This document shows positions 13,649-23,125 of a stretch of DNA of 64,000 nucleotides, piece after piece. The position numbers and the translations under genes were made by a program. The notes below the pieces were generated by a model, which did no database searches, was not told the DNA's origin, and saw nothing but the letters and a program-made list of their open reading frames with translations. Each line of letters starts with the position of its first letter. The first letter of the stretch is position 1. Origin of the DNA: an uncultured Pelagibacteraceae bacterium (GTDB lineage: Bacteria > Pseudomonadota > Alphaproteobacteria > Pelagibacterales > Pelagibacteraceae); the NCBI GenBank assembly GCA_902590915.1, contig CACIYQ010000005.1, forward strand, positions 569 to 64,568. Reading direction: 5' to 3'.

Positions 13649-13806
13649 TGAAGTCTGTATAGCACTTTTTTTTTGATCTTGAAGCGCTCATACGTCACAT
13701 TTTTTTTGAAAAAAAAAATTAACAATTTCAATGACTTATATAAGATAGGCTGAAAAAACTAACAATTTCAATGTATTAGAGAATTAGTTGGAATTTTAGT
13801 AAAAAG

Positions 13807-13883
13807 TGGCGGGAGTGAAGGGACTCGAACCCTCGACCTATCGCGTGACAGGCGATCGCTCTAACCAACTGAGCTACACCCCC
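13807..13883 (-). tRNA. tRNA-Asp (GTC)
   Basis: Cloverleaf GGGGGTG...CACTCCC-G-CCA; anticodon loop CTGTCAC; GGTTCGAGT T-arm. Confidence 0.95.
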
Positions 13884-13895
13884 ACTTTTGATTCT

Positions 13896-13971
13896 TGGTG
13901 GGCAGTATAGGACTCGAACCTATGACCCCCTCGGTGTAAACGAGATGCTCTACCAACTGAGCTAACCGCCC
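13896..13971 (-). tRNA. tRNA-Val (TAC)
   Basis: GGGCGGT acceptor stem; anticodon loop TTTACAC; encoded CCA. Confidence 0.95.
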
Positions 13972-14056
13972 ATAACCAAAAAGTAACGTGATTTATATCT
14001 TTTAGATTAATAAGGTCAAGATTTATTAAGTACTATAAAATAGGGTAAAATTAAAA

Positions 14057-14116
14057 TCCACCCCTCCAATTTGTCTTGTTTTCAAAACTATCTTTCTCCT
14101 GTTTTGAAACGGGTCT
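14057..14116 (+). ncRNA. Candidate small structured RNA with CU-rich (anti-SD-like) segments
   Basis: CCACCCCTCC followed by hairpin CTTGTTTTCAAAAC / TATCTTTCTCCT loop / GTTTTGAAACGGG; G-U wobble pairs form only on the plus strand. Confidence 0.35.
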
Positions 14117-14187
14117 AAATAAATAAACTGCTAAAAATATAATTACTAGAAAAATTACTAATTGTTCCATTTAAGAGATTTTATTTA

Positions 14188-16566
14188 TTACTGAATACTA
14201 GCTTGAGATTTGTCATCTTTTTTTGATATATCAACCTCAACATATTCAGTAGGTTTTAATTCTTTTGTTAATGCTATCTTAATTACCTGATCAGCATGTT
14301 CTACAGGTGTAATTTTTATGTCATCCATTATTTTCTTTGGCATATCCACAAGGTCTTTTTCATTTTCTTTTGGTATTAAAACTTCTTTAATACCAGCTCT
14401 GTGTGCTGCTAATAATTTTTCTTTTAATCCACCAATTTGTAAAACCTGACCTGTTAGAGTAACTTCACCTGTCATTGCTAAGTCTTTTCTCACTGGAATA
14501 TTTGTAATTGAAGATACTATAGATGTAACCATTCCAACTCCAGCTGATGGACCGTCTTTAGGTGTAGCACCTTCAGGAACGTGAATATGAAAATCTTTCT
14601 TTTCGAATATGGGTGGGATAATTCCGTAATCTAGACATTTAGATCTCACAAATGATTTAGCAGCTTTTACTGACTCCTGCATTACATCACCAAGCTTACC
14701 TGTAATCTGCATTCTCCCTTTACCAGGCATGGTTACTGTTTCAATTTTAAGGATTTCTCCACCATATTCTGTCCAAGCTAGTCCAACAACAATACCTACT
14801 TTATTATCGGCCTCTAGTTCTCCAAAATTAAACTTTGGAACACCAAGGAAATCAGCCAAATTTTTGTTATCGACATTTACCTCTTTTTCCTCTCCAGCAA
14901 CAATTTTTTTAACTACTTTACGTGCTATTTTTGAAATCTCTCTTTCTAAATTTCTTACTCCAGACTCTTTAGTATAGCCTCTTATAACTTCTTTTATTAT
15001 ATCGTCACTTAAATTCATTTCTTTCTCTTTAACACCATTGTCTTTAATTTGTTTAGGGAGCAAATATTTATTAGCAATATTAATTTTTTCATCCTCCGTA
15101 TAACCAGCAAGTCTAATAACTTCCATTCTATCTAATAAGGGCGGTAGTATATTTAGTGTATTAGCAGTAGTAACAAACATTACATCTGAGAGATCATAAT
15201 CTACTTCTAAATAATGATCATTAAAAGAGGTGTTTTGCTCTGGGTCTAATGCTTCCAATAATGCAGAGGAAGGATCTCCTCTGTAATCATTTCCGATTTT
15301 ATCAATTTCATCTAATAAAATTAAAGGGTTTTTGGTTCCAGCTTTTTTCATCATCTGGATAATTTTGCCAGGTAGTGAACCTATATAAGTTCTTCTGTGA
15401 CCTCTTATTTCAGCTTCATCTCTCATACCTCCAACTGACATTCTCACAAATTCTCTGTTAGTTGCTTTAGCAATTGACTTTCCTAATGAAGTTTTACCTA
15501 CACCTGGTGGTCCAACCAAACATAAAATTGGTCCTTTAATTTTTTCCATTCTTTTTTGAACTGCAAGGAACTCTACTATTCTTTCTTTAATTTTTTCGAG
15601 TCCAAAATGATCTTTATCCAGAGTATTTTGTGCCTTCGACAAATCAATATCCACTTCACTTTTTCTATTCCACGGAAGTTCAGTCATCCAATCTAAATAA
15701 TTTCTTACTACCGTAGCCTCAGCCGACATTGGACTCATATTTTTTAATTTTTTCAATTCCTGAAGGCATTTTTTTTCTATATCTTTCGGCATTTTGGCTT
15801 TAGTAATAGCTTTGGTTATGCTCGTTGTTTCGTCTTTACCGTCTTCAATTTCACCAAGTTCTTTCTGAATGGCTTTTAACTGCTCATTTAAGTAATATTC
15901 ACGTTGAGTTTTCTCCATTTGAGTTTTAACTCTTCCTCGTATTCTTTTCTCAACACCTATTATACTGGTTTCATTTTCCATAATCTTAATTATAGCGTTC
16001 AACCTTTTCTTAACATCGTTCGTTTCAAAAATTTGTTGTTTTTCAGAAATTGATGCAGATATATGAGATACAATATTATCTGCAATTTGAGACGGATCTT
16101 TTAATTGTTTGATTGTATTGATCGTTTCATTTGAAATTTTTTTATTTATTGAAGTTAATTTTTCAAGTCTTCTTAAGGCTGTAGCTGCTAATGGAAATAA
16201 ATCTTCCTCCTTAAAGACAATATCATTGAAGTAAGTGTAATCACAAGTAATAAATTTTACATTATCTTTAAAATCTAATATTTTAACTCTTTTTATTCCT
16301 TCTACTAAGACTTTAACCGTTCCATCTGGTAACTTTAATAATTGTAAAATGTTTCCCTCACATCCATACATAAAAACGTCAGTTTTATTTGGATCATCAA
16401 TTTCAGAATTTTTTTGTGTAACTAAAATAATTTTTTTATCTTTCTTCATTACCTCATTTAATGCTGAAATAGATTTGTCTCTTCCAACAAATAGAGGAAT
16501 TACCATACTTGGAAAGACTACAATGTCTCTTAAAGGAAGTAACGGTAGTGATATTTTAACATCCAT
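14188..16566 (-). CDS. lon: Lon ATP-dependent protease
   Basis: LPLRDIVVFP N-terminus; GPPGVGKTS; PKDGPSAG catalytic Ser. Confidence 0.98.
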   Translation of the reverse strand: MDVKISLPLLPLRDIVVFPSMVIPLFVGRDKSISALNEVMKKDKKIILVTQKNSEIDDPNKTDVFMYGCEGNILQLLKLPDGTVKVLVEGIKRVKILDFKDNVKFITCDYTYFNDIVFKEEDLFPLAATALRRLEKLTSINKKISNETINTIKQLKDPSQIADNIVSHISASISEKQQIFETNDVKKRLNAIIKIMENETSIIGVEKRIRGRVKTQMEKTQREYYLNEQLKAIQKELGEIEDGKDETTSITKAITKAKMPKDIEKKCLQELKKLKNMSPMSAEATVVRNYLDWMTELPWNRKSEVDIDLSKAQNTLDKDHFGLEKIKERIVEFLAVQKRMEKIKGPILCLVGPPGVGKTSLGKSIAKATNREFVRMSVGGMRDEAEIRGHRRTYIGSLPGKIIQMMKKAGTKNPLILLDEIDKIGNDYRGDPSSALLEALDPEQNTSFNDHYLEVDYDLSDVMFVTTANTLNILPPLLDRMEVIRLAGYTEDEKINIANKYLLPKQIKDNGVKEKEMNLSDDIIKEVIRGYTKESGVRNLEREISKIARKVVKKIVAGEEKEVNVDNKNLADFLGVPKFNFGELEADNKVGIVVGLAWTEYGGEILKIETVTMPGKGRMQITGKLGDVMQESVKAAKSFVRSKCLDYGIIPPIFEKKDFHIHVPEGATPKDGPSAGVGMVTSIVSSITNIPVRKDLAMTGEVTLTGQVLQIGGLKEKLLAAHRAGIKEVLIPKENEKDLVDMPKKIMDDIKITPVEHADQVIKIALTKELKPTEYVEVDISKKDDKSQASIQ

Positions 16567-16626
16567 AACAATAATATGGATATTATATTTTATTTTGCAA
16601 TAGGATTCTGCTATTTATTAAGGATA

Positions 16627-17895
16627 TTAAGCCGCTGTAGTCTTATTTGACTTCGATTTACTGTCCCCTTTTGAATGAACCAAGATAGGTTGGGATTGAC
16701 CTTTTGCAGCACTTGCATCGACAATAACTTCATCAATATCCTCTTGGCTTGGTAGGTCATACATAGTTTTTAGCAAAATATTTTCTAAGATCGATCTTAA
16801 TCCTCTTGCTCCAGTTTTTTTCTTTATAGCTTTTTGAGCTATCTCCTTAAGAGCATTTTCTTTAAAAACTAATTTGGCTCCATCCAATTTAAATAATTCT
16901 TGATATTGTTTTGTTAAGGAGTTCTTTGGTTCTTGTAATATTTTTATCAAAGATTTTTCGTCTAAATCCTCAAGAGTAGCAATCATTGGTAATCTACCAA
17001 TAAACTCAGGTATTAATCCAAATTTTAATAAATCCTCAGGTTCAAGTCCTTTCATCCACTCACCAGTTTTTTTATCTTGAGTATTTTTTACATCAGCGCC
17101 AAACCCAATTGAAGTTCCTTTGTCTCTTTGAGAAATTATTTTATCTAGTCCGGCAAAAGCACCACCACAAATAAATAATATATTTGTGGTATCAACTTGT
17201 AAAAATTCTTGTTGCGGATGTTTTCTACCACCTTGAGGAGGTACACTTGCAATAGTCCCTTCCATAATTTTTAATAAAGCTTGCTGTACACCTTCACCTG
17301 AAACATCTCTTGTAATTGATGGGTTTTCAGATTTTCTACTTATTTTGTCAACCTCATCTATATATACGATTCCTCTTTGAGCTTTTTCTACATTGTAATC
17401 AGAGGCTTGTAATAATTTTAATATAATATTTTCAACGTCTTCACCCACATATCCAGCTTCGGTTAATGTAGTTGCATCTGCCATAGTAAACGGAACGTCT
17501 AAAATTCTTGCAAGAGTTTGTGCTAACAAAGTTTTACCACAACCTGTGGGACCAACTAAAAGTATATTTGATTTAGAAAGTTCAACATTTTTACTTGTTT
17601 TGCTCTCATAATTTAATCTTTTATAGTGATTATGTACCGCTACAGACAAAACTTTCTTTGCATGAGCTTGTCCAATTACATAATCATCTAATACTGTGCA
17701 AATTTCTTTAGGAGAAGGAAGACCATCTTGGTGTTTAACAAAAGTATCTTTACTTTCCTCTTTAATAATGTCCATACACAACTCAACGCACTCGTCACAG
17801 ATGAATACCGTTGGTCCAGCAATTAGTTTTCTTACCTCATGCTGACTTTTTCCACAGAATGAACAGTAAAGAATATTTTTATTGTTAGTTGTCAT
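16627..17895 (-). CDS. clpX: ClpX ATP-dependent protease ATPase subunit
   Basis: CSFCGK zinc finger; GPTGCGKT; IGF loop. Confidence 0.98.
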   Translation of the reverse strand: MTTNNKNILYCSFCGKSQHEVRKLIAGPTVFICDECVELCMDIIKEESKDTFVKHQDGLPSPKEICTVLDDYVIGQAHAKKVLSVAVHNHYKRLNYESKTSKNVELSKSNILLVGPTGCGKTLLAQTLARILDVPFTMADATTLTEAGYVGEDVENIILKLLQASDYNVEKAQRGIVYIDEVDKISRKSENPSITRDVSGEGVQQALLKIMEGTIASVPPQGGRKHPQQEFLQVDTTNILFICGGAFAGLDKIISQRDKGTSIGFGADVKNTQDKKTGEWMKGLEPEDLLKFGLIPEFIGRLPMIATLEDLDEKSLIKILQEPKNSLTKQYQELFKLDGAKLVFKENALKEIAQKAIKKKTGARGLRSILENILLKTMYDLPSQEDIDEVIVDASAAKGQSQPILVHSKGDSKSKSNKTTAA

Positions 17896-17965
17896 AATTT
17901 TTTAACGAATCAATTTAAATACTTTATTATATATGACTCATACTTATCAAGTTTGGAATAACTTA

Positions 17966-17981
17966 AATCAATATATAGTGT
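17966..17981. promoter_or_regulatory. NrdR-box-like palindrome upstream of clpX
   Basis: AATCAATATATAGTGT matches the recalled consensus acaCwAtATaTwGtgt at 14 of 16 positions. Confidence 0.35.
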
Positions 17982-17982
17982 A

Positions 17983-18594
17983 CTAAGATCGTTTTTCTAC
18001 AACTTCGTCAATTAGACCAAATGATTTTGCCACATCAGCAGTCATAAAATTGTCTCTCTCAAGAGCAGTTTTCACCTCATCAACTGTCTTTCCTGTATGT
18101 TTTGAATAAATTTCATTTAATCTTTTTTTCAAAGATAAAACTTCATTAGCATGTATCTCAATATCAGTTGCTTGACCTTGAAAACCAGCAGATGGTTGAT
18201 GAACCATTATTCTTGAATTTGGTAATGAAAATCTCTTTCCTTTAGTTCCAGCTGCTAATAAAAATGATCCCATGGATGCTGCTTGTCCTATACATAAAGT
18301 TGAGATATTAGGTTTTACATATTGCATGGTATCATATATTCCAAGCCCTGCAGTTACTAATCCACCTGGACTATTTATATATAAATAAATTTCTTTTTTA
18401 GGATCCTCTGCCTCTAAAAATAATAGTTGAGCAGTAGCAAGTGAAGCTACATGGTCATTTATCTGACCTGTTAAAAAAATTATTCTTTCTTTAAGAAGTC
18501 TTGAATAAATATCGTAGGCTCTTTCACCTTTACTAGATTGTTCTACCACCATCGGTACCAAGTTACTCATATGTTCTGATATTTTTGTTGTCAT
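17983..18594 (-). CDS. clpP: ClpP protease proteolytic subunit
   Basis: [13 protein letters not shown]; GQAASMG; HQP. Confidence 0.98.
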   Translation of the reverse strand: MTTKISEHMSNLVPMVVEQSSKGERAYDIYSRLLKERIIFLTGQINDHVASLATAQLLFLEAEDPKKEIYLYINSPGGLVTAGLGIYDTMQYVKPNISTLCIGQAASMGSFLLAAGTKGKRFSLPNSRIMVHQPSAGFQGQATDIEIHANEVLSLKKRLNEIYSKHTGKTVDEVKTALERDNFMTADVAKSFGLIDEVVEKRS

Positions 18595-18627
18595 AAATTG
18601 ATTCGACTTTATTTATACAACTTGGGA

Positions 18628-20085
18628 TTACTTTTTGCTAACTTTTTTTGCTTTTTTTGCTTTTTTTGGTGCTGGCTTTGATTTTACTGTTTTTGTTGAA
18701 GATTTTTTTTCTTTAGCAGTTTTTACATCAGTTATTTTCTTTGTGTCTTTTTTTTCATCACCATGATCGTGATTGTGATTGTGGTTGTGGTCATGTTGAT
18801 GAGCTTCTTTTAAAATTTTTTCTGCTTCAGATTTTGATATTTCTTTTTTATTAGCTTTACCTTTTTCCTTAATCAAATTTAAAATTTTTTCCTCATATAC
18901 TGTTCCCCTTAGACTGGCGACTGCAGAGGGATTTTTTTGATAAAAGTCCATTACCATTTTTTCTTGTCCTGGCATCATCCTCAGCTGTTTCTGAACCTCA
19001 TTTTGAATTTCTACCTCGCTAACTTTAATTTGATTTTTCTCGCCAAATTCATTTAAAATTAAACCTGTTTTTATTCTTGTTTTAGCTTTTTCTTCAAAAT
19101 TTTTTTTATTTTTTTTGGCTTCTTCTTCAGGCATTCCTTGAGAAAGTATTTTAACTTCCTCTTCAATTAGATTTTCAGGTACTTCCTCTACTTTAATTTT
19201 TTCAATTTCTTTTAAAATTTGATTTTTTGACAATTGATCTAAAGAGTTTTTAAACTCATCATTTATTTGTCTAGAAATTAGGTTTTTAAGATCTTTTAAA
19301 TCTTTTGCGCCTAGATTTTTTGCAAAATTGTCATCTATTTTAACTTCTTCTGGTTGTTTTACACTTAAAATTTTACAATTAAATTTAGCTTTTTTATTTA
19401 CCAAATCTTTTTCAGGAAAATTTTCAGGTAATATAGCTTCAACTATTTTTTCATCGTCTTTCTTAGCTCCAATTAACTGCTTATCAAATCCTTTCAGAAA
19501 TAAATCTTTTCCCAGAGTTAATTGAGTATTTTTTCCTTCATTCCCTTTGAATTCCTTACCATCTACTGTTGCCTTGTAATCTAAAGTGATCAGATCACCC
19601 TCTTTAGCTTTTGTTTCAGGTTTTGTGTCTTTAAAATTAGGTTGGTTTTTTGCTATTTCTTTTATTCTATTTTCAGTTTCACTTTCATCTATCTTAACTG
19701 AGTATTGATCAAACTTTATATTTTCTAAGGATTTAATATCAACTTTAGGTAATTCAGTAACTGATATCACATATTCCAATTCTTTATCTTCACCATAAGT
19801 TTTTAAATCTAATTTTGGTTGGCCAGCTGGTTTTATTTTTTTTTCTTCTAAAGCTTTTGTTGAAGTATCTTTTAAAACTTTGTCTAATACTTCACCAAAT
19901 ACCGCCTTACCAAACTGTCTTTTTAAAACTTCTTTTGGAACTTTTCCTGGTCGAAAACCTTTAAGATTTACAGTACCTTTTATTTCTTCATACTTTTCAT
20001 CCATATAAGAGCTCATAGTCTCTTTATCGATTAAAATTTTAAGATCTTTGTTTAAACCTTTTTTATTTTCTACAGTGACTTTCAT
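18628..20085 (-). CDS. tig: Trigger factor with His-rich and Lys-rich C-terminal extension
   Basis: GFRPGKVP ribosome-binding motif; precedes clpP. Confidence 0.96.
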   Translation of the reverse strand: MKVTVENKKGLNKDLKILIDKETMSSYMDEKYEEIKGTVNLKGFRPGKVPKEVLKRQFGKAVFGEVLDKVLKDTSTKALEEKKIKPAGQPKLDLKTYGEDKELEYVISVTELPKVDIKSLENIKFDQYSVKIDESETENRIKEIAKNQPNFKDTKPETKAKEGDLITLDYKATVDGKEFKGNEGKNTQLTLGKDLFLKGFDKQLIGAKKDDEKIVEAILPENFPEKDLVNKKAKFNCKILSVKQPEEVKIDDNFAKNLGAKDLKDLKNLISRQINDEFKNSLDQLSKNQILKEIEKIKVEEVPENLIEEEVKILSQGMPEEEAKKNKKNFEEKAKTRIKTGLILNEFGEKNQIKVSEVEIQNEVQKQLRMMPGQEKMVMDFYQKNPSAVASLRGTVYEEKILNLIKEKGKANKKEISKSEAEKILKEAHQHDHNHNHNHDHGDEKKDTKKITDVKTAKEKKSSTKTVKSKPAPKKAKKAKKVSKK

Positions 20086-20095
20086 AATAATTTAA

Positions 20096-20180
20096 TGGTA
20101 GGGCGAAAAGGACTCGAACCTTCACATCCGAAAATATTGGTTCCTAAGACCAACGCGTCTACCAATTCCGCCATCGCCCC
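20096..20180 (-). tRNA. tRNA-Leu (TAG)
   Basis: GGGGCGA...TCGCCCT-A-CCA; anticodon arm TTGGT-CTTAGGA-ACCAA; long variable arm; usual position upstream of tig. Confidence 0.95.
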
Positions 20181-20280
20181 ACAAATTACGAGATTTTATA
20201 TATTATTGAAACTATTTGTCCAATGACAAATATTAAAAAATTATCTATTTATCTAATTAATTTTATATAAACTTAATAAA

Positions 20281-20529
20281 ATGATAGTTTCACCATGTAT
20301 AAGTATTTGTAAAACTGATCCTTCAACAGGGTATTGTTATGGTTGTGGAAGAAGCAATGAAGAAAAACAAGTATGGAGGAAAGAGGATACATCTGATGAT
20401 TGGAAAAAAAATAATTTAGAGTCCATAAAGAAAAGATTGTCTGGCTGGCAACTTGAAAGCTTCAATGAGTCCTATGAATACAAGATAAACAATGGAATGT
20501 CTTTATTTAAAAAAAATCAAATTAAATAA
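20281..20529 (+). CDS. DUF1289-family putative Fe-S/Zn protein
   Basis: SPCISIC...GYCYGCGRS.EE..W pattern. Confidence 0.8.
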   Translation: MIVSPCISICKTDPSTGYCYGCGRSNEEKQVWRKEDTSDDWKKNNLESIKKRLSGWQLESFNESYEYKINNGMSLFKKNQIK

Positions 20530-20540
20530 TAAAGATCTAA

Positions 20541-20714
20541 ATGAGTAAAGTAAAATTAATTAGTATTATTTATGCTATAGGAATAATTATTGGTGCTCTT
20601 TTTTTTGAGGTATGGGCTGCAGAGACATCATTCATTAAAACTATTGGTGTTTTTATATGGACAATCATATTTTTAATCGCATTATTTTTTGCTGATAAAA
20701 ATGAAAAAAAGTAA
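20541..20714 (+). CDS. Small two-TM membrane protein (57 aa, not in ORF track)
   Basis: MSKVKLISIIYAIGIIIGALFFEVWAAETSFIKTIGVFIWTIIFLIALFFADKNEKK; fills the gap and overlaps the next start. Confidence 0.65.
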   Translation: MSKVKLISIIYAIGIIIGALFFEVWAAETSFIKTIGVFIWTIIFLIALFFADKNEKK

Positions 20715-21132
20715 TTTAAGAATATTTCTTTTAATATTTTCAATTTTAATATTAAGTCATACCAAAACTTATTCTGAAATAATTGTATTAAGTAAGTGCG
20801 ATCATAAAGAGGATGAATTTTTAAAAAATGAATACATCTTAAATCTTAATGAATTACTTATGACTAGAAATTATGTTTACACTGAAAAAACTTATCAGAA
20901 ATATAGAATTACTGATCTTAGTGTTAAAAAATCCAACACTTATGTAAGAAATATTTACGAAGAAAATGGTAAAATTTTTACCTTAAAGCATGGCTATCCT
21001 CAGTTCTATACTCAAATATTATTTTACAAAGAAAAACCAGAAATATTTATGAAATCTGTTTTAAATGATATTGAAGGTATTTCAAAAATATCAACTTGTA
21101 AAAAAATTGAAAAATTTGATAATCAAAGCTAG
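20701..21132 (+). CDS. Exported hypothetical protein (start at ATG 20701)
   Basis: Signal-peptide-like MKKSNLRIFLLIFSILILS; two Cys. Confidence 0.65.
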   Translation: MKKSNLRIFLLIFSILILSHTKTYSEIIVLSKCDHKEDEFLKNEYILNLNELLMTRNYVYTEKTYQKYRITDLSVKKSNTYVRNIYEENGKIFTLKHGYPQFYTQILFYKEKPEIFMKSVLNDIEGISKISTCKKIEKFDNQS

Positions 21133-21266
21133 TCTTTCAATTTATCTTTATTTTTTTTATTTATTGAATTTTTTTTCTTTAAGTTAAATCTACTATTAGT
21201 GATATTAGACCGATGTTTAGCAAATGCTTTTTTTTGTGCTTGTCGCATTGCTCTTTTGGAGGACAT
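21129..21266 (-). CDS. Small basic protein (45 aa, not in ORF track)
   Basis: MSSKRAMRQAQKKAFAKHRSNITNSRFNLKKKNSINKKNKDKLKD; starts 9 bp after the upstream gene's stop. Confidence 0.45.
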   Translation of the reverse strand: MSSKRAMRQAQKKAFAKHRSNITNSRFNLKKKNSINKKNKDKLKD

Positions 21267-21275
21267 AAGATTAAT

Positions 21276-21833
21276 TTAATACTCTATTTCTAAAGTATCA
21301 ATGATTTTTAAATTTTTATCTGAAATTACTATTTCGCCTGAAGAAGAAGGGTAATCAAATATCTCAGATATTACAACATAATGAGTTACAAAAACCATAT
21401 TAGTTTTTTTATCCCAATCAGATAAAAATTTTTGAAAATCTTTCATTTGTGAATTTTTATTATGTGCAAATTTAGAACTAAAAAAAGAGTTTAAAAAACT
21501 TTTTGTTTTGAAATTTTTGAATGCTAAAGAGGCTGTTTCTTTGCACCTACACCATTCACTTGAATACACATTTTTTATTTTAATGCTATTTTCTTTAAAA
21601 AAATTACCAATTTTTCTAGACTGAATTCTTCCACTTTCACTGAGATTTCTTTGAGTTGAGCAGTCATAAATATTAAAATTTTCAGGGTCGCCCCCTCCAG
21701 GTGCATAAGCATGCCTTATAAATATCAACTTCCCTCCTGCTTTTAAGTTTTCAATTATATTTTTTTTTGAATCTGCTTTAACAGGCGTGGTTAAAGATAT
21801 AAATAATATTAAAATAATTTTTAAAAATTTCAT
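21276..21833 (-). CDS. Histidine phosphatase superfamily protein, probably exported
   Basis: FIRHA, SSEWCRCKETA and VTH motifs; N-terminal signal peptide. Confidence 0.85.
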   Translation of the reverse strand: MKFLKIILILFISLTTPVKADSKKNIIENLKAGGKLIFIRHAYAPGGGDPENFNIYDCSTQRNLSESGRIQSRKIGNFFKENSIKIKNVYSSEWCRCKETASLAFKNFKTKSFLNSFFSSKFAHNKNSQMKDFQKFLSDWDKKTNMVFVTHYVVISEIFDYPSSSGEIVISDKNLKIIDTLEIEY

Positions 21834-21835
21834 TA

Positions 21836-22516
21836 ATGAATATTAAATTTAAAAAACTTAATAAGACAATTATAAATTGCAAAAAATGTGGGAGATTGAC
21901 TGATTTTATCAAAAAAATTTCCTTAGAAAAAAGAAAACAAAATATAAATGAAAACTATTGGGGAAAGCCTGTAACAGGATTTGGGGATGTAAATGCTAAA
22001 CTTTTGATTTTAGGATTAGCTCCAGCAGCTCATGGAGGAACTAGAACTGGTAGAGCATTTACTGGGGATAAATCTAGTGATTTTTTATTTAGATGTTTGT
22101 ATAAAACAAAAATTTCTAATCATCCATATTCAATTAATTTAAAAGATGGGTTAAAATTAAAATCAACATACATTACCAATATCCTAAAATGTGTGCCACC
22201 AGGTGATAAACCAACAGCAGAGGAATTAAAAAATTGTTCAGGATATTTTAATTCAGAAGTATCAAATCTTAAAAGTTTAAAAACAATAGTAACACTCGGT
22301 AAAGTTGCTTTTGATAATTGTATAAAATTTTACCAAAAAAATTATAATTTTTCTGAAAGATTAAAATTTATTCATGGTAAAATTCACCTTTTACCAAATG
22401 ATATTAAATTAATTTCCTGCTACCATCCTAGTCCAAGAAATGTAAATACTAAGTTAATTTCGGAAAAAATGATGATTGTATTATTTAAAAAAGCAAAAAA
22501 AATTGCTGCTATTTAA
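21836..22516 (+). CDS. Uracil-DNA glycosylase, family 5 (UdgB-like)
   Basis: CxxC Fe-S motif; GLAPAAHGGTRTGRAFTGD; YHPSPRN. Confidence 0.88.
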   Translation: MNIKFKKLNKTIINCKKCGRLTDFIKKISLEKRKQNINENYWGKPVTGFGDVNAKLLILGLAPAAHGGTRTGRAFTGDKSSDFLFRCLYKTKISNHPYSINLKDGLKLKSTYITNILKCVPPGDKPTAEELKNCSGYFNSEVSNLKSLKTIVTLGKVAFDNCIKFYQKNYNFSERLKFIHGKIHLLPNDIKLISCYHPSPRNVNTKLISEKMMIVLFKKAKKIAAI

Positions 22517-22926
22517 TTTTTAGAGGTAAATGGTTCAAATTTATCAATTATTAATTGGGGAATTTTTACAGGTTTTACTTTTTCATTTACGAAAACTAAA
22601 TGTATCTTTGCCTCAACTATCATAATCTTATTCTTGATAATTACTTGTTTCATTATAAAAGAAGTTTTTGTAATCGAAATAATATGTGACTTAATATTTA
22701 ATATGTCTTCTAAATATGCAGATTTTTTATAATCAATATTACATGATTTAACAATAATCAGTGCTCCAAAGTCATCTTTAATTTTTTGATTACTTAAACC
22801 TATTTTTACCAGAGCTTCTGTTCTGGCTCTTTCTAGATATTTCAAATAGTTTGCATAATACACAATACCTCCTGCATCAGTATCTTCATAATATACTTTG
22901 GTGTTATGATTAAAAATTTTAGTCAT
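22513..22926 (-). CDS. ybgC: YbgC/FadM acyl-CoA thioesterase
   Basis: VYYEDTDAGGIVYYANYLKYLERARTE. Confidence 0.88.
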   Translation of the reverse strand: MTKIFNHNTKVYYEDTDAGGIVYYANYLKYLERARTEALVKIGLSNQKIKDDFGALIIVKSCNIDYKKSAYLEDILNIKSHIISITKTSFIMKQVIIKNKIMIVEAKIHLVFVNEKVKPVKIPQLIIDKFEPFTSKN

Positions 22927-22984
22927 TAAAATATATTATCAAAAAAATTTAGAATTAAATACAAACTAAGATATAAGTGTAGCG

Positions 22985-23125
22985 ATGAAAGTATACATTA
23001 TATGGTTAATTGGGGTTGTTGTTTGGAATTTTGGTTTCCCAAAAGCTCTGCCAATAGAAGATGTAATAGCAGCTATCTTGTTATCTTTTCTAAGTATGGG
23101 TTTAAATAAATATTTAAAACTTTAA
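22985..23125 (+). CDS. Small membrane protein (46 aa, not in ORF track)
   Basis: MKVYIIWLIGVVVWNFGFPKALPIEDVIAAILLSFLSMGLNKYLKL. Confidence 0.6.
   Translation: MKVYIIWLIGVVVWNFGFPKALPIEDVIAAILLSFLSMGLNKYLKL

Noticed and set aside
1463-19525. Short plus-strand ORFs inside nuo, lon and tig (for example 1463, 2570, 8063, 9399, 9766, 11884, 14729, 16349, 19328) and the alternate-frame ORF at 5218
   Set aside because: They are antisense or off-frame shadows of well-conserved genes and have no recognisable motifs
13807-20180. tRNA genes as integration sites for an island or prophage
   Set aside because: No integrase and no duplicated tRNA 3' ends were seen; core genes flank the 3' ends
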